Source of the DNA: Octopus vulgaris
Lineage: Eukaryota
Assembly: GCA_951406725.2 (NCBI GenBank)
Contig: OX597835.1
Span: forward strand, 20,274,001-20,338,000
Reading direction: 5' to 3'
Length of the DNA: 64,000 nt
The notes beneath the pieces are model-generated. The model searched no databases and was not told the DNA's origin. It saw only the letters and a program-made list of their open reading frames with translations. Of the stretch, positions 13,949-27,329 are shown piece by piece (positions within the stretch are counted from its first letter, which is position 1; each line of letters opens with the position of its first letter). Both the position numbers and the translations under genes were made by a program.

Positions 13949-14251
13949 AGAGGAAAAATTATAATAAGACAGAAAGCTAAATTGAAAGCAAATTTAAATA
14001 AAAATAGGTGTATGGAAAATATAAAAAATAATAAATCAAACGGGTTTTCAAGGTAAAGCAAATTCTCTTTTCCCCTTTCAAATCTTGAAAATTTGGTTTG
14101 CGATGATAAACCGGTTTGATTTGTTATTTTTAAATTTTCCATACACCCATTTTTATTAAAATTTACTTTCAAGTTAGCATTCTGCCTTCTTATAATTTTT
14201 CCTCTCCTATCATTTCTCCACACGCGGTCAACACAACCCCACCATTTATTG

Positions 14252-14292
<41 letters not shown>

Positions 14293-14440
14293 TGACTAAA
14301 TGTAACTAGGGTGTTAGGACACACCTACATTGCTAGACATAAGAGCTAAAGGGCTATAGTGCTGTAGTCAATAAACATGAAATAAAACATACGCTAATAG
14401 GAATCTGAACTGTTCGAAAAATGCCGATCGAGAATACTTA

Positions 14441-14486
14441 ATATTGACGTCAGTTTCGGAAATTTCTGTTGCCTCATCAGTTAAGC
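14441..14486 (-). ncRNA. Hammerhead core motif, stems decayed
   Basis: Reverse complement: CTGATGA-GGCAACAGAAATTTCC-GAAAC-TGAC-GTC. Stem I mismatched. Lies in a module following (TA)n. Confidence 0.55.
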
Positions 14487-14680
14487 TCGTTCATTCTCGG
14501 TTGTTTTTAGACTAGCTTCTCTATTAGTATATATGCTTTCGTCATCGACATTATTGGATGATTTAGCGATTCATTAATGTGTATACACACATTCCAAATA
14601 AACAACAGCTTGAAATATTTCACCAAAATGGAGAATTATAATCGTCACTAAACGTGACTAAGATACAGTTGTATATTAAA

Positions 14681-14946
14681 GAGAATTATGTACATTATTT
14701 ACATTTGACTGAAATTTCTCCTCATCTTGTTTGTTGTTAACACAATTTTTCGGCTGATATACACTCCAGGCTTCATCAAGAGTCTTGGGGAAATTTCGAA
14801 CCTGTGTTCTCATTCCACGGGCATATGGCGTAGTGGTTAAGAGCGCGGACTACTAACCGCAAGATTCCGAGTTCGATTCCAGGCAGTGACCTGAATAATA
14901 ATAATAATAACAACACCATCGAAAAATACCTTAGGAATGAGATCCC
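14681..14946. mobile_element. tRNA-headed element with (AAT)n linker and inverted hammerhead-bearing tail
   Basis: 14818-14895 (+): A box tggcgtagtggtta, B box gttcgattcc, then (AAT)n and ...ccttaggaatgaga. 14816->14681 (-) starts ggaatgaga and contains TTGATGA-AGCCTGGAGTGTATATCAGCC-GAAA. Confidence 0.6.
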
Positions 14947-15663
14947 TAATTTATAATTTTAATAATCATTACCTTTGAAGGTTATTTATTCCATGCTTCC
15001 ATATTTTCTTCCATATTTTACGCTTTTCGCAAGTTTGCACGAAAAGATTTTTATTGAAGTATTCAATTTTCCACGTGAATTTCTGTGTGAATGCTTTTCT
15101 TTTCCACACTGCGTAAATTCGTTTTTCTTCGTACTTTTGTAAAGCGGTAATACTTCGTCTAAGGACGGGAGAGTCCATTATATATATATATATATAAAGG
15201 TACTATATAATGTGTTGATGGAGGCTCTTTCATAATGCTAATATATTGACAAGCAATACTTTCTGGATTTCTCTTTGCAGATGACCATCTCCTTTACGCT
15301 ACTAATGAGGATACCATGCAGTATTAACAATTTCAGTGATCTAAAACCTGTAAAGCTAATATTGTTGTGTTGCCTCAGCAAATACCACGTAAAACATATA
15401 CTGAACGAATCATCTTAAAATTCACCACCTTTATGTTCTATGGCTGTGAAGCTAGAGTTGTTTACAACCTGGATGCAAGGTATCTGTAACATCTCTGGTC
15501 CCCGGTCAATAAATATATTGTCATTATGAAGCTTGAAATATATAGTTACCCTGTCGTGCTGAGCTCGTTACTAGTCTGTTCATTTGACGAAGTCGCAGCC
15601 ATGATAGTTAGGTCACTTAGTTTGCATAACATGCCGCAATCTCACAAAACACGTTTCTTCAGT

Positions 15664-16048
15664 GGTGGAAGCACTCCGTCAGTTACGACAACGAGGGTTC
15701 CGGTTGATCCGATCAACGGAACAGCCTGCTCGTGAAATTAACGTGTAAGTGGCTGAGCACTCCACAGACACGTGTACCCTTAACGTAGTTCTCAGGGATA
15801 TTCAGCGTGACACAGAGAGTGACAAGGCCGGCCCTTTGAAATACAGGTACAACAGAAACAGGAAGTAAGAGTGTGAGAAAGTTGTGGTGAAAGAGTACAG
15901 CAGAGATCACCACCATCCCTGCCGGAGCCTCGTGGAGCTTTAGGTGTTTTCGTTCAATAAACACTCACAACGCCCGGTCTGGGAATCGAAACCGCGATCC
16001 TACGACCGCGAGTCCGCTGCCCTAACCACTGGGCGATTGCGCCTCCAC
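15664..16048 (-). mobile_element. SINE family B (tRNA-Arg-like head), full length
   Basis: 15-bp TSD ACACGTTTCTTCAGT at 15649-15663 and 16047-16061. A/B boxes present, TCG in the anticodon-like loop. Confidence 0.92.
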
Positions 16049-16288
16049 ACGTTTCTTCAGTAAGGGCACACTAAATGGCTCCACAGAATGCTTCACATAA
16101 TACGTTCACTCACAATCCATAAACAGTGAGACAGATGTGGTTGTATAGAGCAAAATGGTGGCACGCAGGCTCCGATATATGTAAAGCCAAATTAGAAACC
16201 AAAGCTGAGATTCGCAGCCAGGCTACAAAGGAAAGTTCCACCAGATCTGGAATCGTTCCTTGCATTCACTGCCCACATTGCAACTGTA

Positions 16289-16701
16289 GAATCTTTTCGG
16301 TTTTGACCGGCAGTTTTTTAAAATAATTTCCATGTAACTAAACACTTTTAAACTTCATATACTGGTAGAATGATTTTATAAAACATATTTTTCTCTTGGC
16401 TTTATTGAGACAATTCTAGAGTTTGTAAGATATTTGTTGTGTTTTTCTTCAATGACGTCTATTGAGGTGAAAACATTCTGTGCCGTATGAATATGTCTCT
16501 CATTTAAGAAACAGATTGGGTTTATTTACATTTCTGAAGAAAAAAAGATGCCATCCCCCACCCCTAAACCTGACTAACCCTAACTCTTACCCTAACCCTA
16601 AAACAGATTGAAATGCAATAGATCCATACGAAGGTCATAATTATGGGCGACAATTTCATATGACACCGCTAGAAAAACTGCCGTTCAAACCGAAAAGATC
16701 C
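16289..16701 (+). mobile_element. Family E TIR element, copy 2
   Basis: Same TIRs and body as 8399-8810. Degenerate 8-bp TSD CAACTGTA/CTACAGTA. Confidence 0.88.
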
Positions 16702-16990
16702 CTACAGTAACTTCAGTGGATGGATTGAATTAATTTGACATCTGCTCGATCACGAAGCTTTTGTGAAGCAGGATGACGTCACACAAAATCGTCCACATGG
16801 TATTGATGTACAAATTACATATTCTCGTATTTGTGTTTGTGCGTGCGTGGCTGGCACTGTTTCTTTCTTTGCTCCACTCTCTCAGAGTGCACATCTCGTC
16901 TTAATTTCAGACATATTCGCAGATATCTATAGCTTCGAATCGAAACAGCAGTAAATAAATACAATAAAGAAATATATAAAGAAATATATA

Positions 16991-17407
16991 GGCGCAGGAG
17001 TGACTGTGTGGTAAGTAGCTTGTTTAACAACCACATAGTTCCGGATTCAGTCCCACTGCGTGGCACCTTGGGCAAGTGTCTTCTACTATAGCCCCGGGCC
17101 GACCAATGCCTTGTGAGTGGATTTGGTAGACGGAAACTGAAAGAAGCCTGTTGTATATATGTATATATATATATATGTATGTGTGTGTTTGCGTGTCTGT
17201 GTTTGTCCCCCTAGCATTGCTTGATAACCGATGCTGGTGTGTTTACGTCCCCGTAACTTAGCGGTTCGGCGAAAGATACCGATAGAATAAGTACTGGGCT
17301 TACAAAGAATAAGTCCCGGGGTCGATTTGCTCGACTAAAGGCGGTGCTCCAGCATGGCCGCAGTCAAATGACTGAAACAAGTAAAAGAGTAAAAGAGTAA
17401 AAAGAGT
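16991..17407 (+). mobile_element. SINE family A, full length
   Basis: ggcgcaggagtgactgtgtggtaag...gactgaaacaagtaaaagagtaaaagagta. Confidence 0.92.
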
Positions 17408-18222
17408 ACATATAAATTCTTTTCAGCTACAACTAAAGTTGCTCTCTCTCCATTTCTCTCTCATTTCAATCTCTTATCTTTCTTTTCGTACTTTGTATTC
17501 GGTTAACATTTTTTTTTTAATTCTATAGGTTGGAGTTCTAAATTATTCTTCACATTCGTTGTAGAATGCATAGAATGCACTAGCATATAATGTTAATAGC
17601 AGGTCAAGTGTTTCATGTGAGACAATTCACTCATAGTTCAACAACTTTAGAGGACACCTTTTTTTCATTATAGAAAATTTATTCAATAGAAAAGGAAAGA
17701 AATTAGGTTTTAAAAAAAGCATTGTATCAATTCACGTGAATCCAATCCACGTAGAAATTTTTTTCCTGCTCTAATCATATTAGACCAGTCTTTACTTTTC
17801 TTTATCAAAAAGTCAAGTACGAAATATCACGTGGGATTAAATCAGTTAAAAGTCGGAATCAGTTTAACAATGACAGTAAGCGCTGCACTGAGACACAATG
17901 AACATTTAAAACGTCCTATCTGATTATGTTAATCGGTTCAGACAGTTGATATCATTAACATGCAATGTCTTTTGTACAGCTTCCTCAGTATATCTAGTTT
18001 CCAAGTATAAAAAGAAATCAAATATTGTACAACCTAGTAGACGTAACTATATTTAACAGAAATATCAGTACAAGTATTCGCAGATGATATACATTAATTT
18101 TGTTGCATAAAAAAAAGATATCTTTTTTAATTTACGTACTTTCTCAGATGCGCTGGGTATGTTAGCAGTTAAAAGAATTATTGCAAGACTTTTCGGAGAT
18201 TAAATCTATAGTATTAAGTATA

Positions 18223-18652
18223 GGATCTTTTCGGTTTGACCGGCAGTTTTTCAAAATAATTTCCACGTAACTAAACACTTTTAAACTTCGTATACTGGTA
18301 GAATGTGTTTATAAAACATCTTTTTCTCTTGGCTTTATTGAGACAATTCTAGAGTTTGTAAGATATTTGTTGTTTTTTCTTCTTCAATTTCTGCAATTTC
18401 AACCAATCAATGACGTCTATTGAGGTGAAAACATTCTGTGCCGTATGAATATGCCCCTCGTTTAAGAAACAGATTGAATTTATTTACATTTCTGAAGAAA
18501 AAAAGATACCCTTCCCCCCACCTCTAACCCTAACTCTTACCCTAACCCTAAAACAGATTGAAATGCAATAGATCGATACTAGGGTCATAATTATGGGTGG
18601 CAATTTCATATGACACCGCTAGAAAAAACTGCCGGGCAAACTGAAAATATCC
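18223..18652 (+). mobile_element. Family E TIR element, copy 3
   Basis: GGATCTTTTCGG...GAAAATATCC with perfect 8-bp TSD TAAGTATA and CCCTAA repeats ~18520-18550. Confidence 0.9.
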
Positions 18653-18846
18653 TAAGTATATATTCTGGTATGGGGAAGGGAAATGAAATGCAAAGATATA
18701 CACACAGGGATTCAAGCGTGTAACAAGTAAAGTAAACGCTGGAAGATGTTTTCTTTCCAAAACAGACGATAACCCGACACCACAAGGGCATGGTCTCTGC
18801 CATCCGGTGGTTTTTGTTCTAAACTTTAATGTTCTTCTTCTCATGG

Positions 18847-19232
18847 GAGGCGCAATGGCCCAGTGGTTAGGGCAGCGGACTCGCGGTCGTAGGATCACGA
18901 TTTCGATTCCCAGACCGGGCGTTGTGAGTGTTTATTGAGCGAAAGCACCTAAAAGCTCCACGAGGCTCCAGCAGGGGATGGTGGTGATCCCTGCTGTACT
19001 CTTTCACCACAACTTTCTCACACTCTTACTTCCTGTTTCTGTTGTACCTGTATTTCAAAGGGCCGGCCTTGTCACTCTCTGTGTCACGCTGAATATCCCC
19101 GAGAACTACGTTAAGGGTACACGTGTCTGGGGAGTGCTCAGCCACTTACACGTTAATTTCACGAGCAGGCTGTTCTGTTGATCGGATCAACCGGAACCCT
19201 CATCGTCGTAACCGACAAGGTGCTTCCATCCA
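18847..19232 (+). mobile_element. SINE family B, full length
   Basis: Homologous to 15664-16048, with flanking duplication ttcttctcatgg. Confidence 0.9.
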
Positions 19233-20485
19233 ATGTTCTTCTCATGGTAAATCTTGTAATGATCAAGCAAGATGTATGCTTTAGTGTTACATTTCAGTTT
19301 TCGATTTTGTTCCAGTCTTAATGCCGTTAAAAAGAAACACGTTCAAAAGAATATCGCCGAAGGAATAAAAATCTTGAACAGAATTAAACAATTTCGAATG
19401 TTTCACATTCCGTAACAGGAAATATGTAGCGGAATCGTATACATAAATATAAACTTAAATATAAGATTTATCTGTGTTCTTCAATATAGTACAATTATTC
19501 ATAAAGCCTTGAACTTTGAGGATAATGTGAAGATCTATGAAGTTCCTGATTTCTCTTGGTTGCCGAAGTTTCGCAACATTCCTTCTGTCTTGGTAATTCA
19601 AAAGCCTGGAATGGTACTATATTATCGGTGCAGGAAGTTGGACTTCTTGCGTATTGAACATAGAGTGGAATGAATTCAAACCAATACCGCTAGTCATTGT
19701 TAACCAGTCGGGTGATTCCTCCACTTCATCGAGTTTGCCAGGGAACTGAATGCTCTACTTCGTATTATCTCTGCATAAGCATTTATGCAAACAGTCTACT
19801 ATTCCGTTTTATATTAGCTGCATATGAAGATCAATTAACAGCAGAGTGTACCAAAATATCCACCTCTTTCATTAGTGTTACAAAGGAAATTGTACGTAAT
19901 GCTAAATAATCATAAAACACGAGGACTTGATTTATAGAAAAGGGATTTATGATCTGAAGAATGAAACGAATTCTCCAAAACAGCATGAACAAGTGCTTCT
20001 CCAGCCTCAATAGAGTTCTTCCTCACAGTAGCTGCCCATCTAAAACCATATGTATAAAAGAAAACAGGATTTTCGACATGAACATCTTAAACCTAATTTC
20101 ATGATATTTATTCGTTCTTGTTGATCAAATACATACTAATAGCCTCCCTGAGATATTTCTTTAAGAATATTTCTAGTAAAATGAAGCAAATGAAATACGC
20201 ACCAATTATCTTAGTCTTTGTATATGCCTAATATCGCACTTTTTGTAGGAAAGATACGCTTACTGCGCTGTTAAATCAGTTTGAGACAGAGTAAGTCGAC
20301 TGTCCTCGTGTTGCCCGATATCAGACGGTCTTTTAATGAATGGCAAGTGAATTTTGGACATTTTTATTTCATTCTTGAAATAGATTCTCCTTCATATTCA
20401 GAGGTGGTCACAATTGCCAACATGTGGTTGTTTTTATATTTCAAGACAATTTCAAATAAATCAAAAATCCATATTATCTCGTATG

Positions 20486-20547
<62 letters not shown>

Positions 20548-20675
20548 GACTATACATATCTGCCTATCTATCTATATAATTTAGAAGTACTGGTCGTTGG
20601 ATATACGTTGTCTGATCTCGCATGATCAGGTCAATATGTTAACGTTTTGTGCCATCAAATTTTAAATCATGAATT

Positions 20676-20758
20676 ACTGTACTCAAGAGGAGAATGAGAG
20701 AGTAGAAATATGATTTTACATTTTTCACAGCTCTCAAACTCAGAAACGCGTATACAGT
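20676..20758 (+). ncRNA. Hammerhead motif with long stem II and one core mutation
   Basis: ACTGTA-CTCAAGA-(GAG..TGAGAG...CTCTCA..CTC)-GAAAC-GC-GTA-TACAGT. Perfect 6-bp stem I, palindromic stem III ACGCGT. Module lies between (TA)n tracts. Confidence 0.65.
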
Positions 20759-20924
20759 TAATCAAAGCCGGGAGGATTCGTTATTTTTCTTTTTACCTGC
20801 GTGGGTTGTTCAATATTGCTGTCTGGGAGATTTTCTTATAGTAGTGAAATAGCAGTTTAACTGCTATTTCTAAATTTCGGTATGTGTTAAAGCAAATTTT
20901 GCAGAACCCTATTTATAACATGCA

Positions 20925-20980
<56 letters not shown>

Positions 20981-21303
20981 GTGTGTGTGTATGTACTTCT
21001 GTCGTATATATATATATATATAGTCATACATAGGCCTCTATATACATCGCAGTTTTTTATACTTTACTCCCGATATTCTAAGTTGTCCCTTCTTTTAAAG
21101 CGTTTGTGGAATTATAGTCTTTGAGGACCATTTACATTGGTACTGTTTGTTTTCCTCATAGGTAATCTAATTGGAATATGCTTAGATATTGGTATATGGT
21201 TTTGCGAGATTCTGTTGCATATAACTATATACGTGTTTGTGAGTGTCTGTGTAAATACATACATACATACATACATACATAGATACATACATACATACAT
21301 ACA

Positions 21304-21339
<36 letters not shown>

Positions 21340-21376
21340 TATAATACATAAGCGTACGTATAAATTCATGTATATA

Positions 21377-21599
21377 TACGAGGAAGTGCAGAAAAATTCC
21401 TGGCTTTGTATAAAATAAAATAAAGGAAGATCACTTAATTATAATTTTATTCAACATATTCCCCTCTGAAGTTCACACACTTATTACACTGCTTCATCAG
21501 GTTTTTAAAGACCTGTAAAAAGAACTTTGAATGTTGATCCTGTAACTAAGTCTTTCCCAATAACTTTATAGCCAGGACCCTTTTAGTACTCACCTCGTA
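21377..21599 (-). mobile_element. Mariner-derived MITE (family F)
   Basis: TA-CGAGG...CCTCG-TA termini; body homologous to the other F copies. Confidence 0.8.
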
Positions 21600-23299
21600 C
21601 ATGTGTGTGTATCCGTTTATGAATATGAATGCGCCTATGTGCAAATATATGGATATTAGTTTGTTTTTCGTTTAGGATTGCTGTTTTTAGCGTATAGAAA
21701 TTATTGGCCGTGCTCTTCCTAAATCTTCATATGTGATTAGTAATTTAAATGAACTTCTGGCGCTTATTCTTCATGGAAACATTGATGTTGATGAATGTGG
21801 AAAAAATTACTATTATTGTAGCAAATGTTTTGTAAATATATGCTAAGCAAATTCTCAACAAATTGAAAGCTCTCTTAATGAAGCTTTACCCAATTAATAG
21901 CAAAACACGAGAAAACACATAATTCTGTTTAAATTTAAAATTCCTGTTAGAGTTTTAACTTCATTAAATCCATCAATAAATAAAACATAGAAAAAAGTGA
22001 ATTACTCAATTTTCTGAACGTCGTCTTAATTTTAACAAGTTAAACAGACTATGGCATGGCGACTGGAAGGTAAATTTTATTAAATTAATTATGCAAAATG
22101 AGATTGTTTCGTTTATAAATGGATTAGTTATGCGAAAGAAAACAAAGCGAAAGACCTAAATCAAATAATTGCAGTAACGTGGAAACTTCCATTATTGGTT
22201 ATTTAGGGAAACCGTTTCTAACAAACCTGTGACATGAAATGCAAAGGACTGTCTCCACAAGTTTTGAAGTCATCCTTGCATCTTTATGGTAGAGTGATTG
22301 ATGTTCTTCAATATTATCAGCTTAACTATAATTGCCATATAGAACCGAAACGGAAAGGAGTTAGTAAGAATGGTTTTGTAGTGAAGAAGAATTTGTATGA
22401 ATGTGTAAAGCACAACAAATTCAATGGTTAGAAGCATTGAGTCTGTTACCATTTTTAAATGTCGATTTGAAACAGCTCTTAAAAATATTCTAACCATGAA
22501 TATGAATCAGTTGCTAGTAACTGAAGTTATACTATTATTAGAATTGTCAGAAATTCAGAGAAAAAATACATTGCATTATAATGATAAATCTCAAGCCTCT
22601 GTGGTCAAAATCCACTTTCATTTATACAGGTTCTCTAACAGAAAAAAAACACTTGGCCTATATGATTGACTGACAGCATTTTGGACGGGTTGGAAAAAAG
22701 ACATTGCGGATTTTGTTCCGATAGTTCAGTTCCTAAGTTCTGCTGCGACGACACGTGTTCATATGTAATTTTGTCGCTCTTTGGGATAACATCGGCAGCG
22801 TGGAGAAGGTAGACTTGCTGAATGGGCATTTGTTGTCCTACCATATAATATGATTTTGCGAAGTCTTGTGTACTGGAGGAAATCTAAGAGTCGGAGGCTC
22901 TAGAAAATATGTCTAAGACAAAACTATCCAAAATCTCCATCGATTTTTAAAGCAATAAGTTTTTATATGAGATACATTCTACTGCTAATATAACAAGCTA
23001 AACGATCTTTCTTCCCCTTTTTCGAGATTTGAAGAATTGGCCGGCATGCCCTGTGCATAAGTATAGCTTTTCTCAGAGAGAGAGAGAGAGATGCTATTGT
23101 AGCAACCACCACCACCAGAGCATCAAATTCAGTTGTTTAAACACTGTTTGTTAGAACTCTGCAGCTCTTAGAGCGAGGGATATTTATCGTAGCCACGGTC
23201 TGAATCCCGCTTTGCCTGACATTATGTCATAATTTATTCTAGATGCTTTTTAATTCGATATGGACTACATGTCATAGCGGAGTGTATGGACTACATGAT

Positions 23300-24700
23300 T
23301 TAGTCCTATATTTTATAGTTTACTGTTTGTATAAACCAATTTTCGCCTTGCGATCCTGATAAATATCGCTCCTCGGGTTCAAGTATTAGGTGAGATATTA
23401 TGAATGCTATGACTACTTGCTTTCCTACATTGTCTGGTCTTGTTTTAGCTAGGTCATATAGTGACCAATCAGGAATATTAAAACTGTGACTTATATTATT
23501 TGAATAGCTAGAGTATTCATGTCAACTACTTTCATTTCGGCTTTCAACTGTATTCAGAATTAATCTAAAGCTCTTAGAATATTACTTCCTAGTGTTTACT
23601 TTAATTTGTGTCTCTTGTACAATATCTAATTCATTGATTCCTAAGTAATTGTATGTCTGCTTTCGGTTAAATTCTCTTATCTCAGTTTCTTTATTTAGTA
23701 TTTTATTGTTCTTAATTACGCTTCCTTTCTTCAAGGTCGCTTGACTCGAACGTATTTCTTTCTTTTGAAATCCGTGTACTTTTGCAGCATACAGCTTGAT
23801 ATCACCTCTACACAAAAGATAGTAATTTGCCTTCATGTAGCATATATACAGAGCTCGTAGTTCCATTATGAATATTGGTCAAAGACTTCAACGCCAAGAA
23901 GAAAAGCAATAGTAAGAGGAAGTACACCAGGACAATTCCATTTCCAACGAGCAGGGGTTGTGTTTTAGAAGTTGTCTCTTTTGTATTTTAATTGCGAAAC
24001 TCTTTGCCAATTATTTAAGACCTATTTCATAGATTTTCTTATCATTGATGCTACTTCATTCATTAATAGTTTTCCAGAATCTATGTATCAAAAGCTTGTC
24101 GATACTCAATCCATGTTATATGCAGATACTTCTTTTACCCGTGGCAGCTTTTGGATGAATTACTATTGAGCAATAATTAATATTTTCAGTCATGTGAGCA
24201 TTTACATCATCCCATCTATTCTTCTGTGAAAAGGTTTCTATTGTTGCTCTGCATTTTGCTCACTTTTTGCTATATTATTGCATCCGTGTATGCTTTACTT
24301 TGTTATGGGTCTATAGTTTTCAGTTTTCGATATTTCTGCGGATTTGGAGATTACGATGTTCTTTTCGTTTTTTTTTGTATCATTTTAGTATATCAGTCAG
24401 ATGTTGCCTCTTGTTCTCTCAGTATCTCGTTAAATTTCTCTGATTTCATTTTATATATTAAATATTTTAAGCAGAAGTTTGGGATCTTGTTCTGTCAGGA
24501 TGCCTTGCAGTTAGTTGAGGTCTTACTATTTCCTCTGTTGTTATGGACACCCACGTTTGTCTCGATGTTGTCTTTATTTCTTCCTGCCTTTTCTTACATG
24601 CTTTATTCTCACTACCCGTACTCCTCCTAAATTATATACATCTAGTACATTTTTATCAACATCATTCTTATTAACAAGACCTTCTTTTTACCAAGAACTT
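23300..24700 (-). mobile_element. Decayed Dong/R4-like non-LTR retrotransposon RT region
   Basis: Collinear remnants WIEYRQAFDT, GIVLVYFLLLLLFFLALKSL, GDIKLYA, TYNYLGINE match the RT motifs IDYKKAFDS, GIFQGDSLSPLLFCLALNPL, MDDIKLY, YKYLGI. Confidence 0.65.
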
Positions 24701-25784
24701 GATTGGATGGTTTTGCTTTCGAGTGGAAGTGTTTATTCAAATTATCGTTAGCATTTCAAATTCCAGGATTGAGAAAATAAATACTAGTTGAGCACCGGGA
24801 TCGAGGTATTTATCACAAAATGTCTGGCCTTGTGCTAAAATTCAGAAATAATCAATATCAAGATAATGAAAAGCTGGAACGTGTCATGCAAAACCCGAGA
24901 AATTCCGGTATCTTTTGAAGTAGTCACTTTAAATATTATGTTTGAGATTTGTTTTTCATTGTAGTATGTTAATAACATGTATGCAAGAAAAGTACTTCAT
25001 TTATATGATCATTAATGCGAATATTTCACTTCTGCTGCTATTGAAGTGTTTCTTCTGACGCGAAATAGTTAGTCTTTTATGAAATTTAACTTGGTTATCA
25101 TCAACTAAAAATTCTTCTCAAACAATTGAATAGATTCATGTTATCACGTGATCAAGAACACTCTTCGACGCATAGACGCAATTTAAATATAGTATCAGAC
25201 GCTGTTGCATTAATTCCATGAATTATTTCCTGTTTCAGAATTTTTATATATAATTTTAATCGTTAATACGCTGTCAATTATTCACGTTTCTCTCAATTCT
25301 CTCTCAGTTATTTCCGTCATGTTTTCTCAAAAAAGTACTGCAAAAACCATCTTCAGTAATTGATATTCATTTCTAGTTATTAGAAAATAAATTGCCTCAA
25401 ATTGTATGTATGCACAGGTGTTTTATTCCATCACTTTCTGAGATATTTCCCTAAACGAAACATTTCAATATGACTTTATGGAAATATAAAGTAAAAAGTT
25501 GTGTATAGTTGACAAGATACACACAATTACTCGTGCAATTCCATGTTCCCTTTCACCGACACATATTATTCGTTCTGGGTCTCTTCGATTTCAATTTGCC
25601 TCTGTTTAAAACTATTTTATCTTGCGTTAATTTACATTCGATAAACGAAATATCTATTCATGGTGATAGATTAGCAGAATGTTTAAAGCATCTAACAAGA
25701 CATGCTGTACTAAGTATACTAAGTTCAAACTCAGCCTAGGTAACAAGATGACTCATACCACATCGCATCGCGAGTCAAGTTTAG

Positions 25785-26113
25785 TGTAATAAAGCTTAGT
25801 TCAAACCATGCAACTGTTCATCATCATCTTCAACAATTTGGAAAGGTTCCTAAACTTCGAAAATGTGTACCTCATGAATTGTCCGAAAGCAACGGCAACT
25901 CTCGAGTCGACATGTGCTCTTCTCTCCATTTTCACGAACTCATTTCACCCTTTCTGGATAGACTTGTGACTGGTGACGAAAAATGGATCTTCTATAGAAA
26001 TGTTAAAACGTCATAAACAGTGGCTTGGTAAAAGGGAAAAAGCTCAACCACTACCGAGAAAGGAACTTCATGGGAAAAAGGTTCTTCTCTCTATCTGGTG
26101 GGATTCCAAAGGA
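25785..26113 (+). pseudogene. Mariner transposase central fragment (frameshifted)
   Basis: CVPHEL...FLDRLVTGDEKWIFYRNVK / RHKQWL...ELHGKKVLLSIWWDSKG. Confidence 0.92.
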
Positions 26114-26146
26114 GCACAACTCCTTGCAGCACAACTCCTTTGGCTA

Positions 26147-26367
26147 TACGAGCGGGTGTTGAACAGTTCCTAGCTTCTGGGGAAAAGAAAATTCAATCGA
26201 GTTAGTTAATTATGATTTTATTCAATATATCCCTCTCTCGGATTCACACACTTTTTGCAGCGGTCCTTCAGTTCTTCTAAGCCCTGTAAGAGAACTTGCA
26301 ATGTTAGGCCTTCAACCATCCCTTTTGCGATACCCTTAAACCGGAATCTTTTCCGCACCCCCTCGTA
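26147..26367 (-). mobile_element. Mariner-derived MITE (family F)
   Basis: TACGAGCGGGTG...CACCCCCTCGTA inverted termini with TA ends. Confidence 0.82.
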
Positions 26368-26534
26368 AACGTAACCCGAAGATGGATCGGAATAGCATTA
26401 AAGTGATGCAATTGCAGGGTTGACCCTAATCGGTTTCAACCTTTCTAATGTGAAACATTACTCCAATAGACATTTAACTGCCATTGAATTAATTCGCCGA
26501 AAGGATAAATGTGAATATTTTGTTTTGAGGTTAT

Positions 26535-26882
26535 ACATCTTAAAATCCGAAATCTCTACTTCTGAATTCTGCAAACCATTTTCTGCAAGTTCTTTCATGA
26601 AGCATTCTTTCCCATAAACTGAGTGTATGTTTCCAGTTGCTTCGGCTGCAGAGTTTCCTTTTTTTCGTACTCTTAAAGCGTTATGTGCCTTAAATGCTCT
26701 TTGGGTTTTAATCAAATAAATATTAATTCTATTATTCTCTAAAATAATATTTAATTAGTTTAAATGTACACAAATGCAAAAAAAATAATAATTCCATTAC
26801 ACATTCTAAAATACTATTAAATTTAATTCAATATCAAAAAAAAGGGGGGAAAATGAGACAGAACTTATAGGATGACCTGATA
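26535..26882 (-). mobile_element. Mariner 5' end (TIR plus N-terminal HTH remnant)
   Basis: TIR-like tatcaggtcatcctataagttctgtc. KKGNSAAEATGNIHSVYG followed, in a shifted frame, by RTCRKWFAEFRSRDF. Confidence 0.8.
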
Positions 26883-27329
26883 ATATTGATAATTAAAAAA
26901 TGCAAAAAGGAAAAAAGATAGCTGCCCGGGAAACAGAGATTCTGAGTTTCTGATGGTAAATGTTATGGAGCTCGTACCGAAATTAATAACAAAGAATAAT
27001 TAATGTAATCTCAAATTTCATTATAGAATATATTTTTTAAAATAAAGTGTGCTTATATGAAAATTACTCTGTGTATGCACTTCAATTTTTCTTGTATAAC
27101 ATCAACTCGAGCCAGAAATCAATAATACAAAATGACTATTTATATATGAAAATAGGGTGACTAGACACCTGCTTATTTGATAAAATTACCACTAAATATT
27201 ATATTGGCAAAGTTGTGCGGATTAAAGCTTATAATTAACAAATGATTAACTGTCTAGGAGAAATAAAGATAATTCATATTTAAAATCAATCAAATTTTTG
27301 TATTTAATCTCCGAAGAAATAATGAGATA

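Larger units (their letters stand above)
15280..16760 (+). mobile_element. Highly decayed RTE LINE hosting two later insertions
   Basis: Remnants ADDH (~15280) and MFYGCEA (~15435). Terminal C2H2 finger CPHCNC|NFSGWIELI*HLLDH is rejoined after removing element E (16289-16701) and one TSD. Confidence 0.55.

Noticed and set aside
14818-14895. tRNA gene
   Set aside because: A/B boxes are present but there is no proper acceptor stem or poly-T terminator, and it runs into (AAT)n. Treated as a SINE-type head, as are the other tRNA-like heads.
15713-15964. Recurrent ORF 'PAVLFHHNFL...LHVNFTSRLF' as a gene family
   Set aside because: All copies lie within SINE family B.
22635-22844. 69-aa non-repetitive ORF as a host exon
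   Set aside because: No recognisable domain, no convincing splice sites and no partner exons. Cannot be excluded without RNA-seq.
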